From: Bacteroidota bacterium
GTDB taxonomy: Bacteria; Bacteroidota; Rhodothermia; Rhodothermales; JANQRZ01
Direction: 5' to 3'
Length of the DNA: 64,000 nt
Assembly (NCBI GenBank): GCA_038746285.1
Contig: JBCDKT010000011.1
Location: 19,431 to 83,430 of the forward strand
Below the pieces are notes generated by a model. The model had not been told where the DNA came from. It saw nothing but the letters and a program-made list of their open reading frames with translations, and did no database searches. This document shows positions 47,766 through 56,707 of this stretch, one piece after another. Every line of letters starts with the position of its first letter. Position 1 is the stretch's first letter. Position numbers and translations under genes: made by a program.

Positions 47766-47833
47766 TGGTACGGACAATGGTGTGGTACGGACAATGGTGT
47801 GGTACGGACAATGGTGTGGTACGGACAATGGTT
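47766..47833. repeat. 17-bp tandem repeat TGGTACGGACAATGGTG x4
   Basis: Read directly from the sequence. It fills most of the gap between the pta start (47741) and the moaE stop (47832-34). The last unit overlaps the moaE stop codon. Confidence 0.9.
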
Positions 47834-48314
47834 ACGTGCTTTCTGTCGCCGGCTGCACCCACGCCTCCGTCCCGTCGGCGAACACCTCGCGCTTCCAGAT
47901 CGGCACCCGCTCTTTGAGCGTATCGATCAGCCAGCGCGACGCCTCGAACGCCGCCGCCCGGTGCGCCGTCCCCACGCCCACGACGACGCTCGCTTCGGCG
48001 ACGGGCACCGTCCCGAGCCGGTGCAGCAGGCAGCACCGCTCGACCGACCACTGCTCCGCCGCGGCGGCAGCTAGCCGGCCGAGTTCGGCGAGGGCCATCG
48101 GCTCGTAGGCTTCGTAGCGTAGGCGCACGGTCTCTCTGGCCTTAGACTCTGTGACCGGCCGGCTCGTCCACCGCCGCGTTGTCCCGACGAACAGGTTGAT
48201 TCCCCCCACCGGGGGCGCGCTCAGAAACGCGGCCGCCTCAGCGACAGGAAGCGGGGCGTGGTACAGCCCGCACCACGTCCGCTGGTCCCGGCGCTCGGTT
48301 GCCCTGTCAGCCAC
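47832..48314 (-). CDS. moaE: Molybdopterin synthase catalytic subunit
   Basis: GGINLFVGTTRRW...YEAYEPMALAEL......VERCCLLHRLGTVPVAEASVVVGVGTAHRAAAFEASRWLIDTLKERVPIWKRE. Confidence 0.85.
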   Translation of the reverse strand: MADRATERRDQRTWCGLYHAPLPVAEAAAFLSAPPVGGINLFVGTTRRWTSRPVTESKARETVRLRYEAYEPMALAELGRLAAAAAEQWSVERCCLLHRLGTVPVAEASVVVGVGTAHRAAAFEASRWLIDTLKERVPIWKREVFADGTEAWVQPATEST

Positions 48315-48633
48315 CGCTCACCGGCGTGATGAGCGCTACCTCGTCGCCGTCGCACAGCTCGGTCAGCAGCGGCGCGTAGACCCGGTTGACGGCAAGCCGG
48401 ACAACAGACCGGTAGGTCTCCGTAGCAGGATACTCGGCGACAAGCCGGCCGAGCACGTCCTCGCCCCGTACCGGCGCCCGGAGCTGCAGGCGAAGCTCGC
48501 CCGTCCCGACGATCTCGCGGAGCACACTGAAGAGCAGCACCCGCAGTTCGACGCCTTCGACCGTGCTGGCCGTAGGGTCATCGTCGGGCATGCTGTGCGG
48601 ACGGGCCACGGTACCTGCGGCGAGGTCGGCCAT
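48307..48633 (-). CDS. moaD: Molybdopterin synthase sulfur-carrier subunit (MoaD/ThiS fold)
   Basis: It ends ...CDGDEVALITPVSGG-stop (C-terminal GG). The core is LRVLLFSVLREIVG. It overlaps the moaE start. The start could be 48633 or an internal Met, and the rest of the 312-aa ORF is spurious. Confidence 0.75.
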   Translation of the reverse strand: MADLAAGTVARPHSMPDDDPTASTVEGVELRVLLFSVLREIVGTGELRLQLRAPVRGEDVLGRLVAEYPATETYRSVVRLAVNRVYAPLLTELCDGDEVALITPVSGG

Positions 48634-49115
48634 CAGCCTCGCGCGTCTTCGAGGGCCTGCCTGATCGCGCCGAAGTTCGGCTGCTTCCCGGCGTGCTCGG
48701 TGATCTCGGCGTAGCGGACGACGCCGTCGGGGTCGATCACGAAGGCGGAGCGCTTGGCGATCCGGTCGAGGTTCATGTCGGTGAAGTCGTGGTCGTACTT
48801 CGCGCCGTACTGATCGCTGACCTGGGCGTTGTGATCGCTCAGAAGCGGAAAGTCGAGGCTGTTGTGCTTTTTGAACTCGGCGAGCACGAACGGCGAGTCG
48901 GTCGAGATGCCGAGGACGTGCGCGTCGAGGTCGCGGTAGCGGGCGAGGTCGTCGTTCACGGTACACATCTCCTCGGTGCAGACGCTCGTGAACGCGCCGG
49001 GGAAAAACAGGAGCACGGTGCTCTTGCCGTCGTTGTCTTCGGAGAGGGTGTACGCCTCGTTCTTGTCGGTGTAGAGGGTGAAGTCGGGGGCGTGCTGCCC
49101 GGTCTGGATAGCCAT
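48633..49115 (-). CDS. Peroxiredoxin (AhpC/TSA family)
   Basis: APDFTLYTD...STVLLFFPGAFTSVCTEEM carries the peroxidatic Cys in the FTxVCxxE context. Confidence 0.85.
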   Translation of the reverse strand: MAIQTGQHAPDFTLYTDKNEAYTLSEDNDGKSTVLLFFPGAFTSVCTEEMCTVNDDLARYRDLDAHVLGISTDSPFVLAEFKKHNSLDFPLLSDHNAQVSDQYGAKYDHDFTDMNLDRIAKRSAFVIDPDGVVRYAEITEHAGKQPNFGAIRQALEDARG

Positions 49116-49141
49116 GAGGAGGGGTGCGGTTGGGAGGTGAG

Positions 49142-50398
49142 TTACTGGGCGAAGCGGATCGAGCGGATGGGGTCGACGTTGGCGGCGACGCGGGCTGGAA
49201 TGTACGCCGAGAGCGTACAGAGCAGGAGCGCGACCGCGGCGACAACCACGAAGTCCACCGCGCTGAGTTCCACCGGGGCCGTGTCGATGTAGTAGGCCTC
49301 CTGCGGCAGCGGAATGATCCCGAACCGGAGCTGGAGGAGCGCGAGGCCGAGCGCGAGCCCGCTCCCGAGCGTCGTGCCCGCGACCCCGATCATGAACCCG
49401 AGCCAGACGAAGAGCCGCTTCACGCCGGCCGCCGGGCAGCCCATCGAGAGGATGATCCCGATCTCGCGCGTCTTCTCGATCGTCACCATCAGGAGCGTCC
49501 CGATGATGTTGAACGCCGCCACCAGCACGATCACCCCGATCACGAGCGGGACGATGCTCTGCTGGAGATTGATCCAGGCGAAGAGGTTCTGCTGCACCTG
49601 GTAGATCGACCGGGCGAAGACCGGCAGCCCGAACGTTTCGGTGATAGTCTCCGCCGTCTCGTCGGCGCGGTCGATGCCGTCGAGGCGGAGCTCAAAGCGC
49701 GTGACCTCGTCTTCGCCGTAGTCGAACAGGCGGCGCGCGGCCTCGAGGCTGGTGTAGGCGAAGACCTCGTCGAAGTCGGCGAGGCCAGTTTCGTAGACGC
49801 CGGCGACGTGGAGCGCGCGCACGCGGGGCCGGCCGAGCCCGGTCGCGCCGCCACCTGACCCGGTGCTCTGCATCGAAAACGCGGTGAGCTGGCTCCCGAC
49901 CTCGACCGCCAGCAGGTCTGCCAGCCCGCGCCCGACGACGACGCCCGGCCGGCCGGCCGAGTCCGGCGCGAACGAGAAGCCGCCTGCCCGGACCTGCTCC
50001 GCGAGAAACGCGTGGCTTCCCTCTGGCGCGCCCGAGACAACGGCCCCGTCGATTCCAGCTTTCGAGCGCAGGAGCGCGAAGTCGTCAATCACCGGTGTCA
50101 CCTGCTCGACGCCGGGCAGCGCGCCGAGGCGCTCGGTGAGCGAGTCCGCGTGCGCCAGCGGCCCGTCGACGTAGCTCTCGACCCGGACGTGGGAGCCGAA
50201 CCCGACGATCTTCTCCTCGATCTCGCGGCTGAACCCGCGCACGATCATCAGCGAGAGCAGAAGCGCCGCCACCCCAATCGTCACGCCGCCAACGGCCACG
50301 TAGGTCACGAACCGGAGAAACTTCTGCCCCTCGTCCCGGCCCTGCGCGCCGCGGAGGTAGCGGAGCGCCACGAAGCGCTGGAACGAAGACGACGGCAT
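49142..50398 (-). CDS. Lipoprotein-releasing system permease (LolC/E, FtsX family)
   Basis: FVALRYLRG......FLRFVTYVAVGGVTIGVAALLLSLMIVRGFSREIEEKIVGFGSHV plus the C-terminal FtsX repeats. The start is taken at ATG 50398. Confidence 0.85.
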   Translation of the reverse strand: MPSSSFQRFVALRYLRGAQGRDEGQKFLRFVTYVAVGGVTIGVAALLLSLMIVRGFSREIEEKIVGFGSHVRVESYVDGPLAHADSLTERLGALPGVEQVTPVIDDFALLRSKAGIDGAVVSGAPEGSHAFLAEQVRAGGFSFAPDSAGRPGVVVGRGLADLLAVEVGSQLTAFSMQSTGSGGGATGLGRPRVRALHVAGVYETGLADFDEVFAYTSLEAARRLFDYGEDEVTRFELRLDGIDRADETAETITETFGLPVFARSIYQVQQNLFAWINLQQSIVPLVIGVIVLVAAFNIIGTLLMVTIEKTREIGIILSMGCPAAGVKRLFVWLGFMIGVAGTTLGSGLALGLALLQLRFGIIPLPQEAYYIDTAPVELSAVDFVVVAAVALLLCTLSAYIPARVAANVDPIRSIRFAQ

Positions 50399-50526
50399 GG
50401 GCGAGCGGCGAGGTGGAATCCCAAAGGTACCGATGGTCGAGCGCCGTACGGTTGGACGGGAAACGTGGGAGCGGTTCCGTACCTTCTGCGTCTCTCCCCT
50501 TCTGTTTCCCACTCTTCGACGCTGCC

Positions 50527-52197
50527 ATGACCAACGCCGTCCTCCGCCCCCCTGCCCCTGCCAACGAATCTGTGCGCTCCTACGCGCCCGGTGCGCTTGA
50601 GCGACGGTCTTTGCAAAAACGGATATCCGAGATGCGCGAGGAGACCGTCGCCATCCCGGCCGTGATCGGCGGCGAGCGGGTCGAGACCGGGCGCACGGCC
50701 GAGGTCGTAGCCCCGCACGAGCACAGCCGCGTGCTGGCGCGCGCGCACCTCGGCGGCGAGGCCGAGGTCGGCCGCGCCGTCGACGCCGCCGTCGAGGCCC
50801 GGCACGACTGGATGCGGATGCCCTGGAACGACCGCGCCTCGGTCTTCCTCCGCGCCGCCGACCTCCTCGCCGGGCCGTGGCGCGACACGATCAACGCCGC
50901 CACCATGCTCGGCCAGAGTAAGAACGCCTACCAGGCCGAGATCGACAGCGCCGCCGAGCTCGTCGACTTCTTTCGCTACAACGTCCACTTCATGCGGCAG
51001 ATCTACGAGGAGCAGCCGGTCTCGCCGCCCGGCCAGTGGAACCAGGTCGAGTACCGCCCGCTCGAAGGGTTCGTCTTCGCCGTCACGCCGTTCAACTTCA
51101 CGAGCATCGCGGGCAACCTCCCGACGGCACCCGCGCTGATGGGCAACACGGTCGTTTGGAAGCCCGCGACGACGGCGCTCCTCTCGGCATACTACATCAT
51201 GGCGCTCCTCGAAGCGGCCGGCCTCCCCCCCGGCGTCGTCAACCTCGTCCCCGGCAGCGGGGCCGACGTGGGCGACCCGGCGATTGCCTCTCCCCACTTC
51301 ACCGGCCTCCACTTCACCGGCTCGACGGGCACGTTCAACCACCTCTGGCGCGAGATCGGGAACAACCTCGACGCGTACCGGACCTACCCCCGGATCGTCG
51401 GCGAGACAGGCGGGAAGGACTTTATCGTCGCCCACGAGTCGGCAGACCCCGAGGCCGTGGCGACGGCGATTGTCCGGGGTGCGTTCGAGTACCAGGGTCA
51501 GAAGTGCTCAGCCGCGAGCCGGGTCTACCTCCCCGAGGCGCTCTGGCCGGCCGTCGAGGAGTCACTCATGCAGCAGCTCGGCGAGATGCAGATGGGGCCG
51601 GTCGAAGACTTCACCAACTTCGTCAACGCTGTCATCGACCGGAAGTCGTTTGAGAACATCACGGGCTACATCGACCGGGCGAAGGAGGCCGACGGGGTCC
51701 GCATTGCCCACGGCGGCGGCTACGACGACAGCGAGGGGTTCTACGTCGAGCCGACCGTGCTCATCACCGAGGATCCACACTACGAGACGATGGAGCACGA
51801 ACTCTTCGGCCCGGTCGCCTCGCTCTACGTCGCCCCGGCTTCGACGAGCTTCTCGGACCTCCTGAAGCTGGTCGACGAGACCTCGCCCTACGCTCTCACC
51901 GGGGCCGTCTTCGCCCGCGACCGGAGCGCGGTCATCGAAGCGCGCGACACGCTCGCGGAGGCGGCTGGCAACTTCTACATCAACGACAAGCCGACGGGCG
52001 CGGTCGTCGGGCAGCAGCCCTTCGGCGGGGCACGCGGCTCGGGGACCAACGACAAGGCCGGCTCGCACGTCAACCTCCTCCGGTGGACGAGCCTCCGGGC
52101 GATCAAGGAGACGTTCGTCCCGGCGGCGCACTTTGCCTACCCATTCCACGCGCCAGACGTGCGCGCGAACGGGCGGGAAGAGAGCGTCGAGGGGTAA
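50527..52197 (+). CDS. pruA: L-glutamate gamma-semialdehyde (1-pyrroline-5-carboxylate) dehydrogenase
   Basis: FVFAVTPFNFTSIAGNLPTAPALMGNTVVWKPA, ETGGKDF and the catalytic GQKCSAASR. The start is taken at ATG 50527. Confidence 0.88.
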   Translation: MTNAVLRPPAPANESVRSYAPGALERRSLQKRISEMREETVAIPAVIGGERVETGRTAEVVAPHEHSRVLARAHLGGEAEVGRAVDAAVEARHDWMRMPWNDRASVFLRAADLLAGPWRDTINAATMLGQSKNAYQAEIDSAAELVDFFRYNVHFMRQIYEEQPVSPPGQWNQVEYRPLEGFVFAVTPFNFTSIAGNLPTAPALMGNTVVWKPATTALLSAYYIMALLEAAGLPPGVVNLVPGSGADVGDPAIASPHFTGLHFTGSTGTFNHLWREIGNNLDAYRTYPRIVGETGGKDFIVAHESADPEAVATAIVRGAFEYQGQKCSAASRVYLPEALWPAVEESLMQQLGEMQMGPVEDFTNFVNAVIDRKSFENITGYIDRAKEADGVRIAHGGGYDDSEGFYVEPTVLITEDPHYETMEHELFGPVASLYVAPASTSFSDLLKLVDETSPYALTGAVFARDRSAVIEARDTLAEAAGNFYINDKPTGAVVGQQPFGGARGSGTNDKAGSHVNLLRWTSLRAIKETFVPAAHFAYPFHAPDVRANGREESVEG

Positions 52198-52241
52198 CCC
52201 GACCGAGGGCACGGCACCGCCGTGCTCCTGCCGGCACCCGC

Positions 52242-52718
52242 ATGCTTGTATTCAAGAGTCGACATCACCCGGGCGACGCGCCCGCCGCGCTCGTCTACGC
52301 CCGCGCCCTCACCGGGCCGCTGGCGTGGAGCATGACGGGCGTGATGATCGCGGCGAGCGTGGCGATGCTCGAGGGGCAGGACCCGCTGCCGTGGGTCGTC
52401 TGGGTGGTGCCGCTGGTCTACGCGCTCTCGACGGCGTGGACGGTCTACGACCTCCGCCGGACGCCGGCCGAACTCGTGCTCGACGAGGCACGCGGCGGTG
52501 TGCGCTCAGTGTGGGACGCCGCCGGGCGGAAGACGCCGCTCCTGCTCCGGCCCGTGTTTTCTCCCCGGCGTACGGCGTATGGCCTGGACCTTCCCATCGG
52601 GCGGACGCTCCACACCTTCGCCCCGGACGACTGGCCGCGCTTCGACCGCCTGGAAGCTGCCGCGTTCGATGCCGCCGAAGCCGCCGAGACAGAGCGCCGC
52701 GCGCGGGCCGGCGTTTAG
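52242..52718 (+). CDS. Hypothetical membrane protein
   Basis: Two hydrophobic segments and no recognisable motif. I chose internal ATG 52242. Confidence 0.4.
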   Translation: MLVFKSRHHPGDAPAALVYARALTGPLAWSMTGVMIAASVAMLEGQDPLPWVVWVVPLVYALSTAWTVYDLRRTPAELVLDEARGGVRSVWDAAGRKTPLLLRPVFSPRRTAYGLDLPIGRTLHTFAPDDWPRFDRLEAAAFDAAEAAETERRARAGV

Positions 52719-52720
52719 GC

Positions 52721-53251
52721 TCAGTAAATCCGCACGTAGTATGTGGCCTCGCCCAGATGCGCTACACGCTCGGCCTCGGCGCGGAGGTCGGGGTCGTCGG
52801 ACTGGAGCGCGTCGCGGAGCGCAGTCAGGTCGGCCGAGCGCTTGACGCGCACGAAGGCGTCCGGCAGGCTCCCCACCTCGGCGGTCAGCTCGACCGGCGG
52901 GCTGCTGCTCCGCTGGAGCTTGACGCGGCCGAGCGCGGTCGGGTGCTCGGTCTCGCCGCGCTGCTGCATCGACCACGCGAGGCGGCTCTTGAGCGACTGC
53001 GCGGCGGTTGCGAAGCGGCGCTCCGCCTCCTGGAGCCGCTGCCGCTCCGCCTTCACGGCCTCGGCCGTAGCCTCCAGCCGGCGCAGCACGCGGAGGTAGC
53101 CCTCGACCTTACCCGTGCGGAGGTCGAGCAGGTCGTTGTGCTGGGCCTCGATCTCGTCCGTAATCTCGCCGCCGGAGGCGAGGAGCGCGTCTTCGAGCGC
53201 CTGGAGCTCCGCGTCGATGGCGTAGAGGGTGAGCGGCTTGATGTCGGACAT
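52721..53251 (-). CDS. Siphovirus Gp157-like protein
   Basis: Its layout matches the Gp157 family as I remember it: N-terminal LYAIDAELQALEDAL..GGEITDE, a central coiled coil (KAERQRLQEAERR), then KLQRSSSPPVEL...LPDAFVRVKRSADLTALRDALQS...YYVRIY. Confidence 0.6.
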   Translation of the reverse strand: MSDIKPLTLYAIDAELQALEDALLASGGEITDEIEAQHNDLLDLRTGKVEGYLRVLRRLEATAEAVKAERQRLQEAERRFATAAQSLKSRLAWSMQQRGETEHPTALGRVKLQRSSSPPVELTAEVGSLPDAFVRVKRSADLTALRDALQSDDPDLRAEAERVAHLGEATYYVRIY

Positions 53252-53414
53252 AGGGCGATGCGCGGCGGAAGGCTAAGACGAAGCGGGGTGTGGCTAGCGT
53301 GGAGGCTACGCATGCCGCCGGGTGCGAGGCCAGCTTTTTTTCGGTGTGGTGAAGCCCGGCCTGCTCGACCTGCGTATGCACGGGCACGCGCTTCCCCTGC
53401 CCGACCTCTGTCCC

Positions 53415-53897
53415 ATGCCCTCGTTTCAGAAGCCCTCGCTCTTCGGCCGCCTGCTGCTGCTCTTCACGGTCGTCCCGATCCTCGAACTGACCCTCCTCGT
53501 CTGGCTCGGCGGGCGGATCGGGTTCTGGCCGACCGTAGGCCTGATCGCCGCGACGGCCATCATCGGATCGACGCTCGCACACCGCGAGGGGCTCTCGGCG
53601 CTGGCGCGGTTCCGGGCCCGCATGGCGCAGGGCGAGGTCCCCGGCGACGAGTTGACCGACGGCATCCTCATTCTCATCGCCGGGGCCTTCCTCCTCACGC
53701 CCGGCGTGCTCACCGATGTCGTGGGCTTCCTCGGGCTGCTGCCCCCGACGCGGAAGGTGATCAAGCAGGCCGTCTCGAAGCGGGTCCGCCAGAGCATGCT
53801 GGGTGACACGGTCAGCGTGGGTACGTGGCCCCCGCCTCCGCCGCCGGAGAGCGATGCGGTGGACGTGGAGTTCGAGGACGTGCGGGAGGATGCATAA
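53415..53897 (+). CDS. fxsA: FxsA family cytoplasmic membrane protein
   Basis: LLLLFTVVPILELTLLVWLGGRIGFWPTVGLIAATAIIGSTLAHREG...DGILILIAGAFLLTPGVLTDVVGFLGLLPPTR is the canonical FxsA pattern. Confidence 0.8.
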   Translation: MPSFQKPSLFGRLLLLFTVVPILELTLLVWLGGRIGFWPTVGLIAATAIIGSTLAHREGLSALARFRARMAQGEVPGDELTDGILILIAGAFLLTPGVLTDVVGFLGLLPPTRKVIKQAVSKRVRQSMLGDTVSVGTWPPPPPPESDAVDVEFEDVREDA

Positions 53898-53966
53898 GAC
53901 GCGGTGCGCGAGGGAGACCGCCTTCTGCGAGGCAACCCTCACGCATTACGTCTCACTCGTCACGCA

Positions 53967-56423
53967 TCACCTGACCACGAGCAGCTTGCGCGTCTTCACG
54001 GACCCCGCCGCGCGCAGGGTGACGACGTAGACCCCGCTCGCCACCGCCTGGCCGGCCCCGTCGCTCCCGTCCCAGGTCGCGCTGTGCGAGCCGGCGGCGT
54101 AGAGGCCGTCGGCGAGGGTGCGGACGCGCTGGCCCAGGAGGTCGTAGACCGCGAGCGAGACCGTGCTCGCCTGCGGCAGCTCGAACGGGATGAGGGTCTG
54201 GCGGTCGAACGGGTTGGGGTAGTTCTCGAAGAGCACCACCTGGTCCGGCTGCGCGCCGTCGCCCTCGGTCGAGACCGGGTTAGCGTTAGTGAAATACTCG
54301 ACCGCGAGGTCGTCGACGTAGAACCCGTCGGCGGTCACGCCGCCGTCGGCGCGGAGCACAAACTGGACCTGGACCTCGGGCGCGCCCTCGAAGGCGCTCA
54401 GGTCGATGGACTCCTCGACCCAGGTCGCCTGGGTGCCGTCGTAGCCCGGCTCGCCCGGGACTTGGGCACCGTTGCCCGAGCCGACCGAGGTGTAGCGCCC
54501 CGCGAGCGGCGTCCAGGTACCGCCGTCGGTGGAGGCGCGGACCTGGGCCACGTCGTAGCCGGCCTCGATGTCCCACCGCGCCATGAAGCGGAGCCGAGGG
54601 CTGGCGGCGCTGCTCAGGTCGAGCGGCTCGGCGAGCGTGAGGGCGTTGTTGGCCCCGTCGCGGTAGAAGCCCGAGGGGCTGTCGGCGAAGGCCGTCGGCG
54701 TCGACGTACCCTGGGTGGGCGTCAGACCCCAGCCGTCGCCCGTCGTCCAGCCACCGGTCGACGCGGCGGGGTCTTCGAAGAGGGCGACCGGCGTCCCGAT
54801 GGCCACGCCCGTGAGCGTCTCGGCGAGCGCGACGTCGTCGAACGAGAACTCGACGGCGAGGTCGCTCCGCAGGCCGAGCGGCGCGCTCGGGCTGAGCGTG
54901 AAGGCGAGGCCCTCGACCTCGACGCTCTCGCCGGCAGCGAGGTCGAACGCCTGGCTGAAGCGGCTCGGCTCGTCCAGCACACCGGGGGCCTCACTCACGA
55001 TGCGGAGGCGGACGCCCGTCATCCCTTCCAGGCCGATGTTCTGCACCGTCACTGTCGCTGCGGCAGACTCGCCGGGGTCGAGGTGACCGTTCCCGCTGTG
55101 GGTCTCGGCTACCTCGAACCGGGCGACGGTCGGGTAGAACCCGGCGAGCCGGGCCAGGCGAAGGTTCATCACCCGGTTGGTCTCGGCGAGCGGGACGATG
55201 TCGCTCTGGCGTGGCCAGAAGCCCTGGAAGAACGAGCCGACCTCCGGAGTCCAGGCGAAGATTTTGCCCTTTGTGTCTTGCTCGCCGTAGTGCCAGTCGT
55301 CCGAGTCGCCGTTGGCTGGGTAGAGCACGTCGGCAGCCTGGCCGAACTCGTAGCCGTTGACCTGCGTCAGGTACGTCGAGGCCCGCGTGAAGAGGTCCTG
55401 GTCCGGGGTGTAGACGCCTCGCTCGTAGCCCCAGGAGTGGAGTAGGACGTTGCTGTAGGAGTGGTAGTTGAACGCGCCGCGGATCTCCCGCGTGTTGAGG
55501 AAGTCGCGGATCGCAGCGGTCTCGGGCTCGGAGAACGGAGCCGGACCGCGGTAGACCTCGCTGCTCGCGTTGCCGCTGGAGCCCTGGTTGTCGCGGCCCC
55601 ACTCGTAGGCGTAGTTGCGGTTGAGGTCCACGCCGAAGCTGCTGCCCGGATTGTCGCGGCGGTTCTTGCGCCAGAACCCGCCCCCGTCCGGGTTGGTCTG
55701 CTGGTTGTAGACGTAGCCGTCGGGGTTGAGAACGGGGACGAAGTACATCTCCCGGTTGTTGACGAGGTTGGTCGCCTGGGTGTTAGTCCCGTAGTTCTCA
55801 AGGAGGTAGAACATGTAGTAGATCACCGTCGCCATGCTCTGCGGCTCGCGGGCGTGGTGGAGCGCGGTGTAGAGCACCTCCGGCTCGTTCTCGTCGACGC
55901 CGGGGTTGTCGGAGATCTTGACCATCCAGATGTCGCGCCCCTGGTGGCTCTGCCCGATCGACTCGCGGGCGGTGATGAGGTCCGGGTAGTCGGCGTGCAT
56001 CTCGTCGAGCTTGGCGACCACCTCGTCGAAGGTGTAGTAGCCCCCCATCGAGCCGAAGCCGAAGCCTGAGGCGCGGCTCGCGGCGAGGGCCTGCTGACGC
56101 TCGGCCTCACTGAAGGGTGCGCGCGCGGCGTAGTCGGCGGCCAGGTCGGCGACCGAGACCTCGTAGGCGAACCCGCTCGCGGCGAGGTCGGCGAGGTCGG
56201 CCTCGCTGAGTACGGTAACGGCCACCCACCTGCCGTCCACTTTGTCGAGCCCTACGTGTCCGACGCCGGGGACGCGCGCAGAGAGGTCAGCGAGGTCGCT
56301 GCGGTCGGCGAGCGTGATGCGGACCTCGCTGTAGCGGGGCGGCGCGTCGGCAGCCTGCTGCGCGTGCAGCGCGGCTGGCGCGGCGAGCAACAGGGCGAGA
56401 ACGGCGGTGGAGGCGAAGCGCAT
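53967..56423 (-). CDS. Secreted M14 zinc carboxypeptidase with C-terminal T9SS sorting domain
   Basis: Signal MRFASTAVLALLLAAPAALHAQQ. YTALHHAREPQS (HxxE), NPDGY and NYHSYS. The C-terminal ...SGVYVVTLRAAGSVKTRKLLVVR is a Por-secretion-tail-like beta-sandwich. Confidence 0.85.
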   Translation of the reverse strand: MRFASTAVLALLLAAPAALHAQQAADAPPRYSEVRITLADRSDLADLSARVPGVGHVGLDKVDGRWVAVTVLSEADLADLAASGFAYEVSVADLAADYAARAPFSEAERQQALAASRASGFGFGSMGGYYTFDEVVAKLDEMHADYPDLITARESIGQSHQGRDIWMVKISDNPGVDENEPEVLYTALHHAREPQSMATVIYYMFYLLENYGTNTQATNLVNNREMYFVPVLNPDGYVYNQQTNPDGGGFWRKNRRDNPGSSFGVDLNRNYAYEWGRDNQGSSGNASSEVYRGPAPFSEPETAAIRDFLNTREIRGAFNYHSYSNVLLHSWGYERGVYTPDQDLFTRASTYLTQVNGYEFGQAADVLYPANGDSDDWHYGEQDTKGKIFAWTPEVGSFFQGFWPRQSDIVPLAETNRVMNLRLARLAGFYPTVARFEVAETHSGNGHLDPGESAAATVTVQNIGLEGMTGVRLRIVSEAPGVLDEPSRFSQAFDLAAGESVEVEGLAFTLSPSAPLGLRSDLAVEFSFDDVALAETLTGVAIGTPVALFEDPAASTGGWTTGDGWGLTPTQGTSTPTAFADSPSGFYRDGANNALTLAEPLDLSSAASPRLRFMARWDIEAGYDVAQVRASTDGGTWTPLAGRYTSVGSGNGAQVPGEPGYDGTQATWVEESIDLSAFEGAPEVQVQFVLRADGGVTADGFYVDDLAVEYFTNANPVSTEGDGAQPDQVVLFENYPNPFDRQTLIPFELPQASTVSLAVYDLLGQRVRTLADGLYAAGSHSATWDGSDGAGQAVASGVYVVTLRAAGSVKTRKLLVVR

Positions 56424-56707
56424 AGTCTGAACGGGTCTGTATGGGGCGGGTGGGGCGTGATTATACACCCGTGCCGCGGCGGCACCAACCGCCGGCCCCG
56501 CGCTGACCCCCAAATGAGCGCGCGACGAGCCCAACGTGACCCCAGCGTGGCATGCTGCACACCGCGGTGCTGTGAAGAGGCCCGGAAATGCACGCCTCGG
56601 ACGAACCTCTACTTCGGGGCAGGGTTGCCCCGGCTCATCCACCGCCCCCCTCCGTGCCCGTCGCCACGCCTCCCCCGATCCGGCGCATCCCGCTCGGGCT
56701 CCGCTAC

